Part shown: piece by piece, positions 27,570 through 42,369 of the stretch
Numbering within the stretch: the first letter of the stretch is position 1
Layout of the letters: each line of letters opens with the position of its first letter
NCBI GenBank assembly: GCA_964016885.1
Contig: OZ024741.1
Span: 235,290,001-235,354,000 of the forward strand
Length of the DNA: 64,000 bases
Source: Eledone cirrhosa
Taxonomy: Eukaryota
Direction of reading: 5' to 3'
The notes under the pieces: generated by a model
The model's database searches: none
What the model was told of the DNA's origin: nothing
Seen by the model: only the letters and a program-made list of their open reading frames with translations
Made by a program: the position numbers and the translations under genes

Positions 27570-28261
27570 CCCGGTATAAGGTTAGCATATCTTTGTTTAT
27601 TTTTTATATATGAATATTGATTGTTCCTTATATCTCATACTACGAGCTGTCTCACCTATGTACACTATATTTTTGTTTCTACATTGTCCTTCAGTACATC
27701 TTATGCTATACACTACATTTCTAGTTTTACAGTTAATACACACAGAAAAGATGCAATGTTTAGGCAAATTACAGAGGCAGTAAGCATAAAAGAATTACAA
27801 CCAAAATTAAATAGTAAATATGAGTGGAACAGCAACATCACAACTTACAATTAAGGACAAAATGAAAACACACACACACATAGAACAAACAACCAACCAA
27901 CAACATGTAAATAAATAAACAAATAGATAAATGAACACAAACACACACAGACACCCGGATGTGGCGCATGCGCAAACTGAGCACACAACACACACACAGA
28001 AACAAAATGGCGTAGGACAGAAGAAAGGAAAGGCACAGAAACAAAGAAAGGAATCCCCAGTCACTGAAGAGGTCACAGAGTGTGTGACGAAAGGACTATG
28101 ACTATATATAAACAACTATCTGGTTGTGGAACCAACCAACCAACCAGAAATTTAAAAGTTTGTAGATTTGTAAATTTATAAATTTATAAATATATAATAA
28201 ATTGAAGTGAAAGCAACTGGTGCGTGTGTTTCTTATTGGCAACATGACCCTCCCAAAGTAT

Positions 28262-28268
<7 letters not shown>
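27570..28268 (+). mobile_element. Penelope-like 3' fragment with an inverted GIY-YIG piece, 3' UTR, HHR and pLTR-type tail
   Basis: Minus-strand NVVYSIRCTEG...YIGETARS at about 27630-27740 and plus-strand HRKDAMFRQITEAVSI...LNSKYEWN. Related to 40292-42375. Confidence 0.8.
28059..28103 (+). ncRNA. PLE-associated minimal hammerhead motif
   Basis: AGUCA-CUGAAGA-g-GUCAC(agagugu)GUGAC-GAAAG-GA-CUA-UGACU. Confidence 0.7.
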
Positions 28269-28337
<69 letters not shown>

Positions 28338-28432
28338 GTAGAACACTGGAAGGTAATATCCGTAGTGGTAGAGCACTCAGTCCATGGGACGAGTTAGGTA
28401 GAAGTGGTTACACAACAGTTAGTTCACCATAC

Positions 28433-28470
28433 CGAGAACAATCGTTTCACCTTAGCGGATCCTCAGCTCG
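28433..28470 (-). ncRNA. Hammerhead motif (inverted copy of 29647-29684)
   Basis: CGAG-CUGAGGA-uccgcuaaggu-GAAAC-GAUU-GUU-CUCG. Confidence 0.65.
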
Positions 28471-29646
28471 TAATGGACATGGTTATACGGAACGGGAGGG
28501 ATAACCGTACGAACGCGCATGCGCAGAAACGATCACTTGACACAGGCAATACTCAATTACGTGCGAGAGGTGTAAAGGAGAGGTGTCCGGGTACCTAAAG
28601 GTCGACTGGTGGTTCAGGAAGCGTTCCTTAAATCGGCCCTCCGCCATACCCACATAGGATTTGACCTCCTGTGGTTGATTTGGTCGGTTGGAAGTGACCA
28701 CAGCTTCATAAACTACAGCGGGTGTGTTGCATTGTTGTTGAAGAGGACAAGCTTCGGGCTTACGGCAAGAGCACCCTGGTGGGGTTCTTGCTCTTAGGGC
28801 TGTTGGTGATGTGGGCCTTCATGTTTTTAGCGTAGGAGTACCCTAGTTTTACTTTGTGTCGGTTAAAGATGGAGCGGTATTTATGACCTATGGGAAAGTG
28901 TCTATCTAAGAGGGCTAGACATTTTTTGCCTACATTGGTTTTAACGTTGAGTGAGAAGGGAGGAGAGAACCAGATAGTTTGTCTATTGTTACGCTTTCTT
29001 TTCTTATTGCTGTTGTTGTTAGTGGGAGAGTAAGTGATAGGTTACGAGAAGCTTGTCCCCTTCAACAACAATGCAACACACCCGCTGTATTTTATGAAGC
29101 TGTTGTCACTTCCAACCGACCAAATCAACCACAGGAGGTCAAATCCTATGTGGGTATGGCGGAGGGCCGATTTAAAGAACGCTTCCTGAACCACCAGTCG
29201 ACCTTAGGTACCCGGACAGATGTTCATCCCCGAAACCCGCGAGCCACGTATGGTCCCTCAAGGACTCAAGTACAGACTACTCCATTCAATGGAAAACCAC
29301 CACTAAGTCCAAGTCATACGCAAGGGACAATCCGTCTTGTGGACTATGTATTGCTGAACGAATACATATTCTAAAGAGATTACGCAATAGTGATTGCCTA
29401 AACACGAGAAATGAATTCTTCACACGTTGTTCACACGTCTGGGAATACCTCTTACATAATTACAAAGCTCCAGATTGAATTACAACAACATCCTAATTTT
29501 CTTATCAACTAGAAACTTTCGGACTTTCGCAGTTATCTCCCTTACACCTCTCGCACGCAAATTAGTATTGCCTGTGTGAAGTGATCGTTTCTGCGCATGC
29601 GCGTTCGTATGGTTGTCCTTCCTGTTCCGTATAACCATGTCCATTA

Positions 29647-29684
29647 CGAGCTGAGGATCCGCTAAGGTGAAACAATTGTTCTCG
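29647..29684 (+). ncRNA. PLE-associated minimal hammerhead motif
   Basis: CGAG-CUGAGGA-uccgcuaaggu-GAAAC-AAUU-GUU-CUCG, with palindromic ACAAUUGU. Confidence 0.7.
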
Positions 29685-29713
29685 GTATGGTGAACTAACT
29701 GTTGTGTAACCAC

Positions 29714-29772
<59 letters not shown>

Positions 29773-29773
29773 A

Positions 29774-29899
<126 letters not shown>

Positions 29900-29919
29900 T
29901 AAATATAAAGAACTTTATA

Positions 29920-32397
<2,478 letters not shown>

Positions 32398-32539
32398 GAG
32401 TTTATGTTGGTTGTATACCAACACCTCAGTATGCAGGCTGGAGCACTCGACGAAGTGCGCAGGTTGGTTTGGTTACTCCGGAGTAGTGTAAAATAAAGTT
32501 AAATAAAAGTCAAATGATTAAAATTTACCTTCTTTTATT

Positions 32540-32594
32540 ACTGCTATATATATTTCAGTGACAGCCATCTTTGGCTGTGACCTCTTCAGGCAGT
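32540..32594 (-). ncRNA. Hammerhead motif (left arm)
   Basis: Reverse complement of 32821-32875. Confidence 0.75.
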
Positions 32595-32820
32595 TTGAAT
32601 TAGTATGGTATAGACAAGTACATATGTTGTTTAGGTGTATAATATTGTCAATAATATTGTCAATACTCTGATATGCCCAGTTCCTTGTTGGGTTGTTAAT
32701 TCACTGAATTAACAGTTCCTCAGTGAATTAACAACCCAACAAGGAACTGGGCATATCAGAGTATTGACAATATTATACACCTAAACAACATATGTACTTG
32801 TCTATACCATACTAATTCAA

Positions 32821-32875
32821 ACTGCCTGAAGAGGTCACAGCCAAAGATGGCTGTCACTGAAATATATATAGCAGT
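32821..32875 (+). ncRNA. Type I hammerhead ribozyme motif (right arm)
   Basis: ACUGC-CUGAAGA-ggu(c)acagcca(aaga)uggcugu(c)acu-GAAAU-AUAU-AUA-GCAGU. Confidence 0.8.
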
Positions 32876-32949
32876 AATAAACAAAGCTAAATTTTAATCA
32901 TTTGACTTTTATTTAACTTTATTTTTTATATATATATAAAGAGAGTATT

Positions 32950-35737
32950 GAAGTTTGCTTGAAGCATTGTGGAATAATAAGGTATATTTCTTTAGGTCGT
33001 TTCGGAAGCCTCAACAATGCAGATGGGTAAATCTCCGGGTAACAAGATCCGGTGGTGGAGAGAGAGATGTAAGTGAATGTAGGTTGAGGTGTGTAGTGTG
33101 TAGAAGATTGTAGGAAAGAGCGTAAAGGATAACAATAATAATAACACGAGATAGAGTTACCTTGGGAGAGATTTAATTGTCCCTATATATTTCGGATTCA
33201 CATCCATCAACTGGGGTTTTTTCGGGGGGGGGGGTCTGTCGGAAAGGTGCGAAACATGTCCTCCGCTGTTCGTTGTTTTGAATATCTGAGGTATTCAGCA
33301 GAGCGCGCGTGTGCGTGAAATGAGGTCGGTCAAGCAGAGGTCGGCGGCCGAAATAGTTCTTTCAATCGTGGGAGTGGGGTGGCGTTAGCTGTCAGTCCAT
33401 TGTATTATCTGCCCTGTTGAATAGTGTGTGGTTGTGATAGTATTCTCTGCCTGTTTGGTGAATGTTACTATGTGTGTGTGTGTGCGTGTGTTGTTGTCTC
33501 GCTTGAGTGTGTGTGGGCGTGTGTTGTTGCCTCGTTCGTCTGTATTAGCAGTGTAGTATGTTCGTATGGTGGAATGCTACTGTGCGTGTGTGTGTGCGTG
33601 TGTTGCTGTCTCGCTTGTGTGTGTGAGTGTGTTGTTGCATCGTTTGTTTACTGAAACCAACCACCTCATTTCGCTTCTCTCGGATCGGTTATTTATTGTG
33701 GCCCTAGGCGTTTGATCCAAAGTGCTTCCTTGATTCGTAATGTGCCGACGTTTCTTTCTGTCGCTAGAATTGTGACAATGGGCCTTCCGTCTTTGTTTCG
33801 GCATTTGGTTATGTGTTTCCGGAAAGACGAGGCCCTGGTGTTAATGTGCTCCTTGATCCGGATGTGTAGCGGCCGGATTGTGCTGCCTATAGAGTAGTGG
33901 TTGCACTTGCTACATTCTATCTTATACACGACGTATGTGCGTAGGCAACAGTTCGTATGGCGCATCGGGCAGTTTCTGAGGGAGCACGCGTCAGTTGATT
34001 TCCCGGGTTTCCTGGAGAGGCATCTTCGCAGGGAGGGGCCCGAGTGGGCCAGGTGGATGTCGAGCCCCCCCCCCCCCCGTATAGCCTTGCGGATAGCGTT
34101 GGTGGTATTCTCGCCCAGGTGTGGTATTTTAAGGAAGCACTTGCCTTGGGTGTTTCTCTGCCTCTTGTGTCTGGTGTCTCTTATTCTGTTTGTGAGTGAG
34201 GCAGGGTACCCGTTCGTCTCCAACACTTCGGAAGATGTGAGGATGAGGATATCGTCCACGTAAGTTGAGAAAAAGGCGACGGCGTTGGGGTGGCAGGCGT
34301 TGAGTGCCTTGCGCTCGAGGCTGTCCATGTATGAGATCGCTAGCACACCCGACAGGCTTGAGCCCATGGACAGTCCCGAGGTTTGCTGGTATGTTTGGTC
34401 AAGGAATCCGAAGTATGTGTGTCAACAACGATGGATAGGAGTTGGTGGATGTCAGTGGTGGTGAGCCCAAAGCAGTGTAGGTCGGTGGATTGGACGCGTT
34501 CCATCAGTATATTAACGGCCGGGAGTGCCGGGACCGAGGTGTGGAGAGCAACTACATCAAGGCTGAAGGCATATCTGTTAGCCTTTCTGGTGTCGGGATC
34601 CATTTGATGCAGGTGCTCCAACACCTCCTTGGAGCTGTTAACATGTCCCGGCAAGGTGTCTAAGATGGGTTTGAGTATTCTGGCAAGGAGCCATGAAATT
34701 TTGTAGAGCGGTCCTTCCACGCTCGATACAATGGGCCTGATCTTCAGGTCGGGTCCCTGTGTGTGTGTTTTCACGAGGTGGTAGAAGGCGGGTAGTCTGC
34801 TGTTCCTCGTGAGGAAGTTGTATCTCAGCTTCTTCGGGAGCTTCCGCCAGTCGCAGATGTTGGTCCAGGCGGCGTTGATGTGCTCCTCTATCTGCGCGGG
34901 AGTGATTCCCGTGACCTTGGAGTAGAGGTTGTCATCGTCAAGGTGTTGGAGGGCCAGGGTATTGTAGGCCTTTCTGCTGATGACGCAGAATTTCTTTCCC
35001 TTGTCGGAGGGTAGGTAGATGAGGTTCTTCGATTTCAGATTGGAGAGAGTGGTGAGTTAAGATTTGGTGAGGTTGTGTGTAGTGTGTGTGTGTTCGAGAA
35101 GTATATCCGAGATGGAGTGTTTTAGCCTGATGAGTTTAGTGTCGAGTTCGTGGTTGGTGGGTGGGTGGGGGTGGAGTGGGTTGTCGGGGTGGTAAGTGGG
35201 GAACTTGAGGTGGGTTGCGTGGGCGCTGTTATTTTCTGTAGCCCTGTTGATGGCGGTCACCCATTTAAGTTGGTAAGCGGCTCGACAAAAGTTGGCTTCG
35301 ATGTCGAGTTTGAGTCTGTCGTCGAGTCGTTGTAAGACGATGAACTTGGGTCCGAGGTGTAGGAGTTTCAGCTCGTCGCTCGTGAGAGTGCCGGTTAGGT
35401 CGGTGACCAGGTGCGTCGCATCGTTGTTGTTTTCCACGTGGTTCTGGTCTGTCTGTTTGTTAGTGTCGATGTTCTCGTTGTGGAGTTTAGACAAGATCCA
35501 CTCATATTTCCGCTTGAGCCGTTTTATCTCATATTGGACTCTGGAGTGGTAGCACTGGTCGATTGCTTTAGTGATTTTCAGGAGCAAGTCGCCGGGTGTT
35601 ATTGACAGTCGATGTGTCCGCTCTGAGAGTGTCCGCTTATGGATGTGTACTTGGCGGTTGAGATGTCTCAGGATCTGTTTGATACACGTGCGATGTATGC
35701 GGTTAGTGGTGTTTTGAAAAGCTGGTGTACGTAGGCT
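32950..35737 (-). mobile_element. Penelope-like element (N-terminal region, RT, GIY-YIG), frameshifted and internally deleted
   Basis: LGPKF, PSDKG, IRPIVS, FSLDVVALHTSVP, MGSSLS, YVDDIL and VVYKIECSKCNHYSIGST. The RT thumb region appears missing. More GC-rich than its flanks. Confidence 0.92.
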
Positions 35738-36459
35738 TATATATATATATATATATATACATTCCCATATATATATATACCTTATATTATATATGCATAT
35801 ACTATGTAAAAACTATCTAGTTATAATAAAATAATTTAAAAAAATGTTTTTAACTCCCTCCACACAAGTTTAAAAGATAACAATTATATAACCAATAATA
35901 TTTTATATACTCTATAAGGATTAATTTATAACATTACTACAATAATAAAACAACCCTTAATTTATCAACAACCTTAATTACCTCCCTTTGTTATTAAACC
36001 CCCTTTACAACTTCCTGTGTAAATTCATAAAATTAAGCAACCTAACGGTTTACCAACAACTTAATAACGGTTAACACAAACCCTAGAAAAGATAATTTGT
36101 AGATAAAAAATGCATAAGATAATATACCTACAATAACAACATGGCCAGTAATACGGTGGAATTTACATTTAACAAACAAACACCAATTGACTATAAACGA
36201 CTCAAAATAATCCCATGGTTAATAGCTGTGAGTTACAAATAACATATACACATACATACGAACTATAACACAAAAACGCTTGAATAAAAATCACCTATCC
36301 AACTCTATCACGTGCTTTGCATTACACCTCACATAACAAATACCTACATTATCACCACATGCCTCTCTAACAAATTGCACGCTATCTTAAACATTTCTAA
36401 TAATTATAACGTGTTAATAATTATAACACCCCACACAAAATATGTTTATTTCAACTGCT

Positions 36460-36633
36460 ATCGGTAGAGAGTCGGACACCATGCTTTGAAGCATAGAATT
36501 ACGTCCCTTTATGATCTGAGTTCAAATCCTGCCGAGGTTAATTTTGCCTTTCATCCTTACGGGGTCGATAAAATAAAGTACCAGTAATGTACTGGTGATT
36601 TGCTGTCCTTGTGCCTAAAATAGAAACAATTAT
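36460..36633 (+). mobile_element. tRNA-derived SINE (Meta-domain-like core)
   Basis: B box GAGTTCAAATCC followed by GCCTTTCATCCTTACGGGGTCGATAAAATAAAGTACC. Confidence 0.65.
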
Positions 36634-37297
36634 AACTCTTTCCTCATACATGCCTTATTGGCTGTATTGACTCCTGCATTGTACACCACTTTTCCTTGCT
36701 TATAACTTGTTTGCCTGTACTTTTCGCTGATACCTCTTACACTTTCAACCAGTGCTGCCTGTAATTGTGTTCTCTCAAGCATAACATCTTTTTAACTCCT
36801 GACTCTCCACATGATGCCCATGACACTAACAACAATTATGTACCCTAAATGTTCCGAATGACTAGGATTTTAGTCACATGTTTCGACATTCCCTATGTTC
36901 CGATGATTCCAGACTTCCCTCTGGAATAAACAATTGTCAGCAAATAAATGTTCTAAACTAAAATTTGATCGTTTTAACACTTTGTATATATATATATATA
37001 TATATGTATAAATGAAGTAATTCCGTCGGAAAGGTCCAGGAAAAAAGAGTGCTCTATGTAGGTTACAGAGCTTATTAGTTATGTAATAAACAACATAAGA
37101 TAATTATTTCATTTACCAGTGGTTTCTTGAAAGCAAACAAAATCCTGGTGTATTTATTGACAGTGGATTTTAAAAACAAAAATATAATCTATATGAGGCT
37201 GGAAAAGGAAGAAGGAAAGGAAAAAGAATAAATATAAAAGTAGATAAACACACATGCATACACACACGCACACACACACACACACACACATATACAT

Positions 37298-37366
<69 letters not shown>

Positions 37367-37370
<4 letters not shown>

Positions 37371-37865
37371 TGTATATATAATGTATTTTGCAATACACTT
37401 TATGCTTAATTAAAAGCATTTTGAAGACCGTGTGCTATTGTTTTAGAGTAGTGACAAACTCAATTACTTTAATCTCAGCAAACAAGGGGAGATAAGCCGA
37501 CAAGGCCTTGTTTCGCATTTATTGATGCTTATCAAGGCTAACTACTCCCTCCTGTCTACTGAGATCACTGATGTTATATTCTTATAGAATTCTAGTAAAT
37601 AATCAGGTACTGATTATACGGAGCGGTTGCCGGTCAGGCAGAAATTAAAAATTAGAATTGGAGCTCTGAAATAGCAATATATATATGAATGTATATATAA
37701 TGTATTTTGCAATACACTTTGTTTGCTGAGATTAAAGTAAGTGAGTTTGTCACTACTCTAAAACAATAGCATACGGTCTTCAAAATGCTTTTAATTAAGC
37801 ATAAAGTGTATTGCAAAATACATTATATATACATTCATATATATATTGCTATTTCAGAGCTCCAA

Positions 37866-37903
<38 letters not shown>

Positions 37904-37974
37904 TTGGAGCTCTGAAATAGCAATATATATATGAATGTATATATAATGTATTTTGCAATACACTTTATGCTTAA

Positions 37975-38064
<90 letters not shown>

Positions 38065-38069
38065 TATAT

Positions 38070-38122
<53 letters not shown>

Positions 38123-38425
38123 GTATTTTGCAATACACTTTGTTTGCTGAGATTAAAGTAAGTGAGTTTGTCACTACTCTAAAACAATAGCATACGGTCT
38201 TCAAAATGCTTTTAATTAACCATAAAGTGTATTGCAAAATACATTATATATACATTCATATATATATTGCTATTTCAGAGCTCCAATTCTAATTTTTAAT
38301 TTCTGCCTGACCAACAACCGCTCTGTATATTTACTAGATTATTTACTAGAATTCTATAAGAATATAACATCAGTGATCTCAGTAGACAGGAGGGAGTAGT
38401 TAGCCTTGATAAGCTTCAATAAATG
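37367..38425. mobile_element. Cluster of direct and inverted copies of a 319-nt HHR-bearing non-coding unit (retrozyme-like)
   Basis: tgaatgtatatataatgtattttgcaatacactt recurs at 37367 and 37686. Inverted copies lie at 37720-37868 and 38141-38425. Confidence 0.75.
37495..37539 (-). ncRNA. Type I hammerhead ribozyme motif, U3-A8 variant
   Basis: AGCC-UUGAUAA-GCAU(caauaa)AUGC-GAAAC-AAGGCCUU-GUC-GGCU, with palindromic ACAAGGCCUUGU. Confidence 0.8.
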
Positions 38426-38427
38426 AT

Positions 38428-39357
38428 ATATACGATATATTAACAAATGGAAACTATATTTATAAAACCATATTTATTTCATTATACATATTTCAAGGAC
38501 ACCAAGTTAAATTATGGTGTGCTTTCATCAGATAAAATATAATATAGAGCAGTTTTATAAATAAATATTGACATACCCTTAAAGAATGCGACCATTTCTG
38601 TTGGAAGCTCCCGGATAGTGGGGTTATAAATTTATTTATACTATTATGCAAATTAGTGTCGGATATTTTAATTCACAGTAGATTTAAATAAGCCGTTGGG
38701 TTATGGCGAAAGAGAGAGAGAAAAAAGAGAAAAAAGAGTAAACTCTAAGAGGAAAATAAGAAAAATAAGAAAAGGAGAAAGAGAAGAAAAAAGAAAAGAG
38801 AAAAGAGAAAGCAAAAGAGAAAGCTCTAAGTGATATGTTGTTGTATTAGCTTAACTTTTGAGATAAAGTGAAAGAATAAATAATTAATGGATGAGTAAAG
38901 AAGAGGAAATAAGCGTGAATGGAAAATACATATATAATAGGAGAATTTTAACCATTGTTTAAATATAATTAAATGTTTAGTTTATCAATTAGATTATTGA
39001 GATTTATACATTAAAAGTTGAGATCTATATATTATTAAAAAATCTATATATTATTAAGACTATATATTATTAAAAATCTATATATTATTAAAAGAATATA
39101 TTCATATATATACATATATGAATATCCGACACTAATTTGCATAATAGTATAAATAAATTTATAACCCCACTATCCGGGAGCTTCCAACAGAAATGGTCGC
39201 ATTCTTTAAGGGTATGTCAATATTTATTTATAAAACTGCTCTATATTATATTTTATCTGATGAAAGCACACCATAATTTAACTTGGTGTCCTTGAAATAT
39301 GTATAATGCAATAAATATGGTTTTATAAATATAGTTTCCATTTGTTAATATATCGTA
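38428..39357. repeat. Inverted repeat (about 240-bp arms, about 450-bp purine-rich spacer), one HHR per arm
   Basis: 38428-38667 versus 39121-39357. The minus-strand HHR copy lies at 38475-38539. Confidence 0.9.
39249..39313 (+). ncRNA. Type I hammerhead ribozyme motif
   Basis: UAUUUUAU-CUGAUGA-aag(c)acacca...uggugu(c)cuu-GAAAU-AUGU-AUA-AUGCAAUA. Confidence 0.72.
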
Positions 39358-39559
39358 TTTTTACTCCAATAATTTTTTGAGTGCTTTATATCAGTTATAA
39401 AAATATTTGCTTGTTGTATCCCAACAAATTAAATAGAACTTCTACATATATATATACGATATTAACAAATGGAAACTATATTTATATATACATATATATA
39501 TACATATATATACATATATACACATATACACAACACATACATACGCACAGAAAAAATAT

Positions 39560-39955
39560 GTATAAATAAAAAAGGTAGGTATGTAAAGGGTAAGGTAGAA
39601 AGTAGGGGGGAATAAGGAAAATAAATAACATAGGAAAAAGTTTAAATATAAGGGGAGATAAGGGAGAAAAAGAATATAAGAATACAGAAAGTGAGTTCAG
39701 AGAGTAATAAAAATCGTAGTGGATGTAAGGCGTAGAGAGCAGAGTTCAAGAAGTTCAAGGTGGTTGAGTCATCGTAGGAATGTCAATCAAGTTACAGATC
39801 AGATGTGATTTCAGGTGAGGACAACATCTGAAGATCTCAGTCTTGGAGTTCAGGCAAGTTGAAGTGGCTCTCAAGTTTTGTAGAATTCTAAATTTTTCAG
39901 TGGTACACAAAGAACAATTCTTTGTGCCCCTTTGGTATTCTCTCGAATGGTCTAA
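39560..39955 (-). mobile_element. Penelope-like extreme 3' fragment (GIY-YIG C-terminus plus UTR)
   Basis: YQRGTKNCSLCTTEKFRIL...LNSKTEIFRCCPH. Confidence 0.75.
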
Positions 39956-42369
39956 AATGTTAATGGATGGGTACAGTGATACCACATCCATGCTGCCTAT
40001 TATGCAGTTGGATATTTCCTATTTTTGTTGCACTCATTGATTCTGCTGAGGAGGTCCTCTGTACTGTCACATACATCTGGGGACATCTTGATTATGGGGC
40101 GTAGAACCATTGAGAGGAAGTAGGAGATCCTGTAGTTGCTAGCTATATTAGCTTCGCATACGGGTCTTGTTGGTGGTCCTGTTGTCGGGTCGTCGACTGT
40201 CTTGTGGTCTTTGCGGAGCCCATATAAGGGTGGTATGCCATTGTTAGACGCCTGGAAGTTGTTGGCAGTGCGTCTGCTTGGCTTTAGGATGCCATTAACA
40301 TTGATTTTGCTGTGAAAAGATGTGTGGAGATGATCATTGAGAGTGAGGTGGAGTTCTGCGACGTCGACACAGATGAACTGGGCCTCCTACTTAGACTTAC
40401 CTAGGACACTGACTATCTAGACAGCCATGACCTTAGACGTTTCTGCCCTAGTAGACCTATAAGAGGTAGACCCCCCACCATAACCTCAATGGCAAAAAAG
40501 ACTCCCATGGGAAGGTGGATTGGGTGGACCAAAGCTATACGGACCCCCCAAAACAATGATCAGGTAAGAAAAATGGTCGCACATGCAATAGGGGCTAGTA
40601 TCAAAACTACCCTAAAGGGCCACAATTTAAGTTCAACGAGAAGATCTACACCCAAAATGAGAGAGCAGCCATCGGCGTCAGCATAGCTGGTGATGTTGCC
40701 AACCTTTTCATGGTATGGCGTTATGTAGACGATATCAATATAGTTATAAGAACACCCCCACTAGAGAGCACTAACAAGTTTGATTTAGAACGTAGCACGA
40801 TGGAAAGCATCCAGCAGATAGCTAATTCCATACACCAGAGTATAACTGTAACTATCGACTTCCCTTCCAAACACCCTAACAATAGACTACCTGTATTAGA
40901 CACAGAACTCTGGATTAACACTATAGACGAGAGAGCCCAAATTCTCCACTCACACTATGCTAAACCCATGGCCTCCAAATACCTGATACTCAAAAACTCA
41001 GCAATGTCCAGTAGTGCTAAGTTTAATATTCTGATCGCAGATTTGGTACGAGTGATGAAGAATGTGTCCCGCATGTGCGACCCAACAGAAATGGAAAGAC
41101 ACATCCAACACTTCATCAACCGCATGCAGTTCTCTGACTACAACCAAAGAGACAGAGTCAGAGTATACGAAGGAGCCATGGAGAAGTATAAGACCCTCAT
41201 AGAACTGGACATGAAAGGAATTTGCCCATTATACAGGAGCAAATCATGGAATAGCTTAGATAGGGCTAGACATAAGATAGGGAAAGCCACCTCATGGTAC
41301 GACAACCAGAGATACCAGAGTGTCATGTTTGTGGACGCTACCCCTGGAGGGAAATTAGCTAACCAGTGTAGAAAGGCCCTGAGAAAGACCCACTTAAAAA
41401 TAAAGGTGGTAGAAAAGCCAGGAACCACCATAAAATCCCTGATCAGCAAAACCTACCCTTTTAAGAAAACCCACTGTACGAATAGGAAATGTATCATATG
41501 TAAGGTGAACCCCCGGATAAACTGTAAAACTAGAAACGTAGTCTATAGCATAAGATGTACAGAGGGTACTTGCAGAAACATGACAACAACATACATAGGT
41601 GAGACAGCTCGTAGCATAGTTGAAAGGATAGACCAACACTGGGGGGGGGGGGGGACTAAAAGGACGAAAAAACGGGTCAGTACTATACGAACATGCTAGA
41701 CAACAACATGACGGTAACATAGACAACATAGAAATTAGAATAATATCTAAACATAGAAATGACCCAGCAGATAGGCAAATCAGAGAGGCCAGTGAAATAG
41801 AAATTAGAAGATCAAGGCTAAACAGAAAGAATGAATGGAATAACAACAACACCCAAACAAACAACACTGACCTAAGAGAAGTATAAATAAGTAAATAAAA
41901 TAAAATAAATAAATAAATACATACACAAGCACAATAACAACAAACACATAAACACACACTAGTTACCCATCACACAGCAAACAAAACACTATACACACAC
42001 GCAAACGCATGCGCAAAGAAGACAAAATAAAATAAAATAAACAAACAAGCAAATAAATAAATAAATATATAGACAAACTGAATAAAAATGGCGTAGACAT
42101 ACAATACAACAGGAGGAAAATATAGCACCACTGACGATGTTGCAGATGTGCAACGAAAGATTTATGATAAACTATATATATGTGTTTGTGTCTATATTGT
42201 ATCTGTATTATTTTTGACCGTCGGTCAGTCAATGGCAACATTGAGGACCGAGTAAGTTAGATTACCGATATAAAAGACACAGAAGCGAGAAGCGAAACCC
42301 AACCAAACAGTGAGTGTGTTCTGTTATTAATTCTGGCAATATTACACAAATATGACCCTCCCCAAGTAT

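Larger units (their letters stand above)
28399..29718. mobile_element. Penelope-like GIY-YIG 3' ends in inverted arrangement
   Basis: SYVGMAEGRFKERFLNHQST is encoded on both strands. Termini 28399-28577 and 29540-29718 are inverted copies. Confidence 0.88.
32490..32925. repeat. Near-perfect fold-back (about 205-215 bp arms), one HHR per arm
   Basis: 32490-32706 versus 32720-32925. An 11-bp duplication occurs in the left arm only. Confidence 0.9.

Noticed and set aside
35800-36420. A/C-rich segment with a short ATG frame (MASNTVEFTFNKQ...)
   Set aside because: It has early stops and no recognisable motif, so it cannot be assigned.
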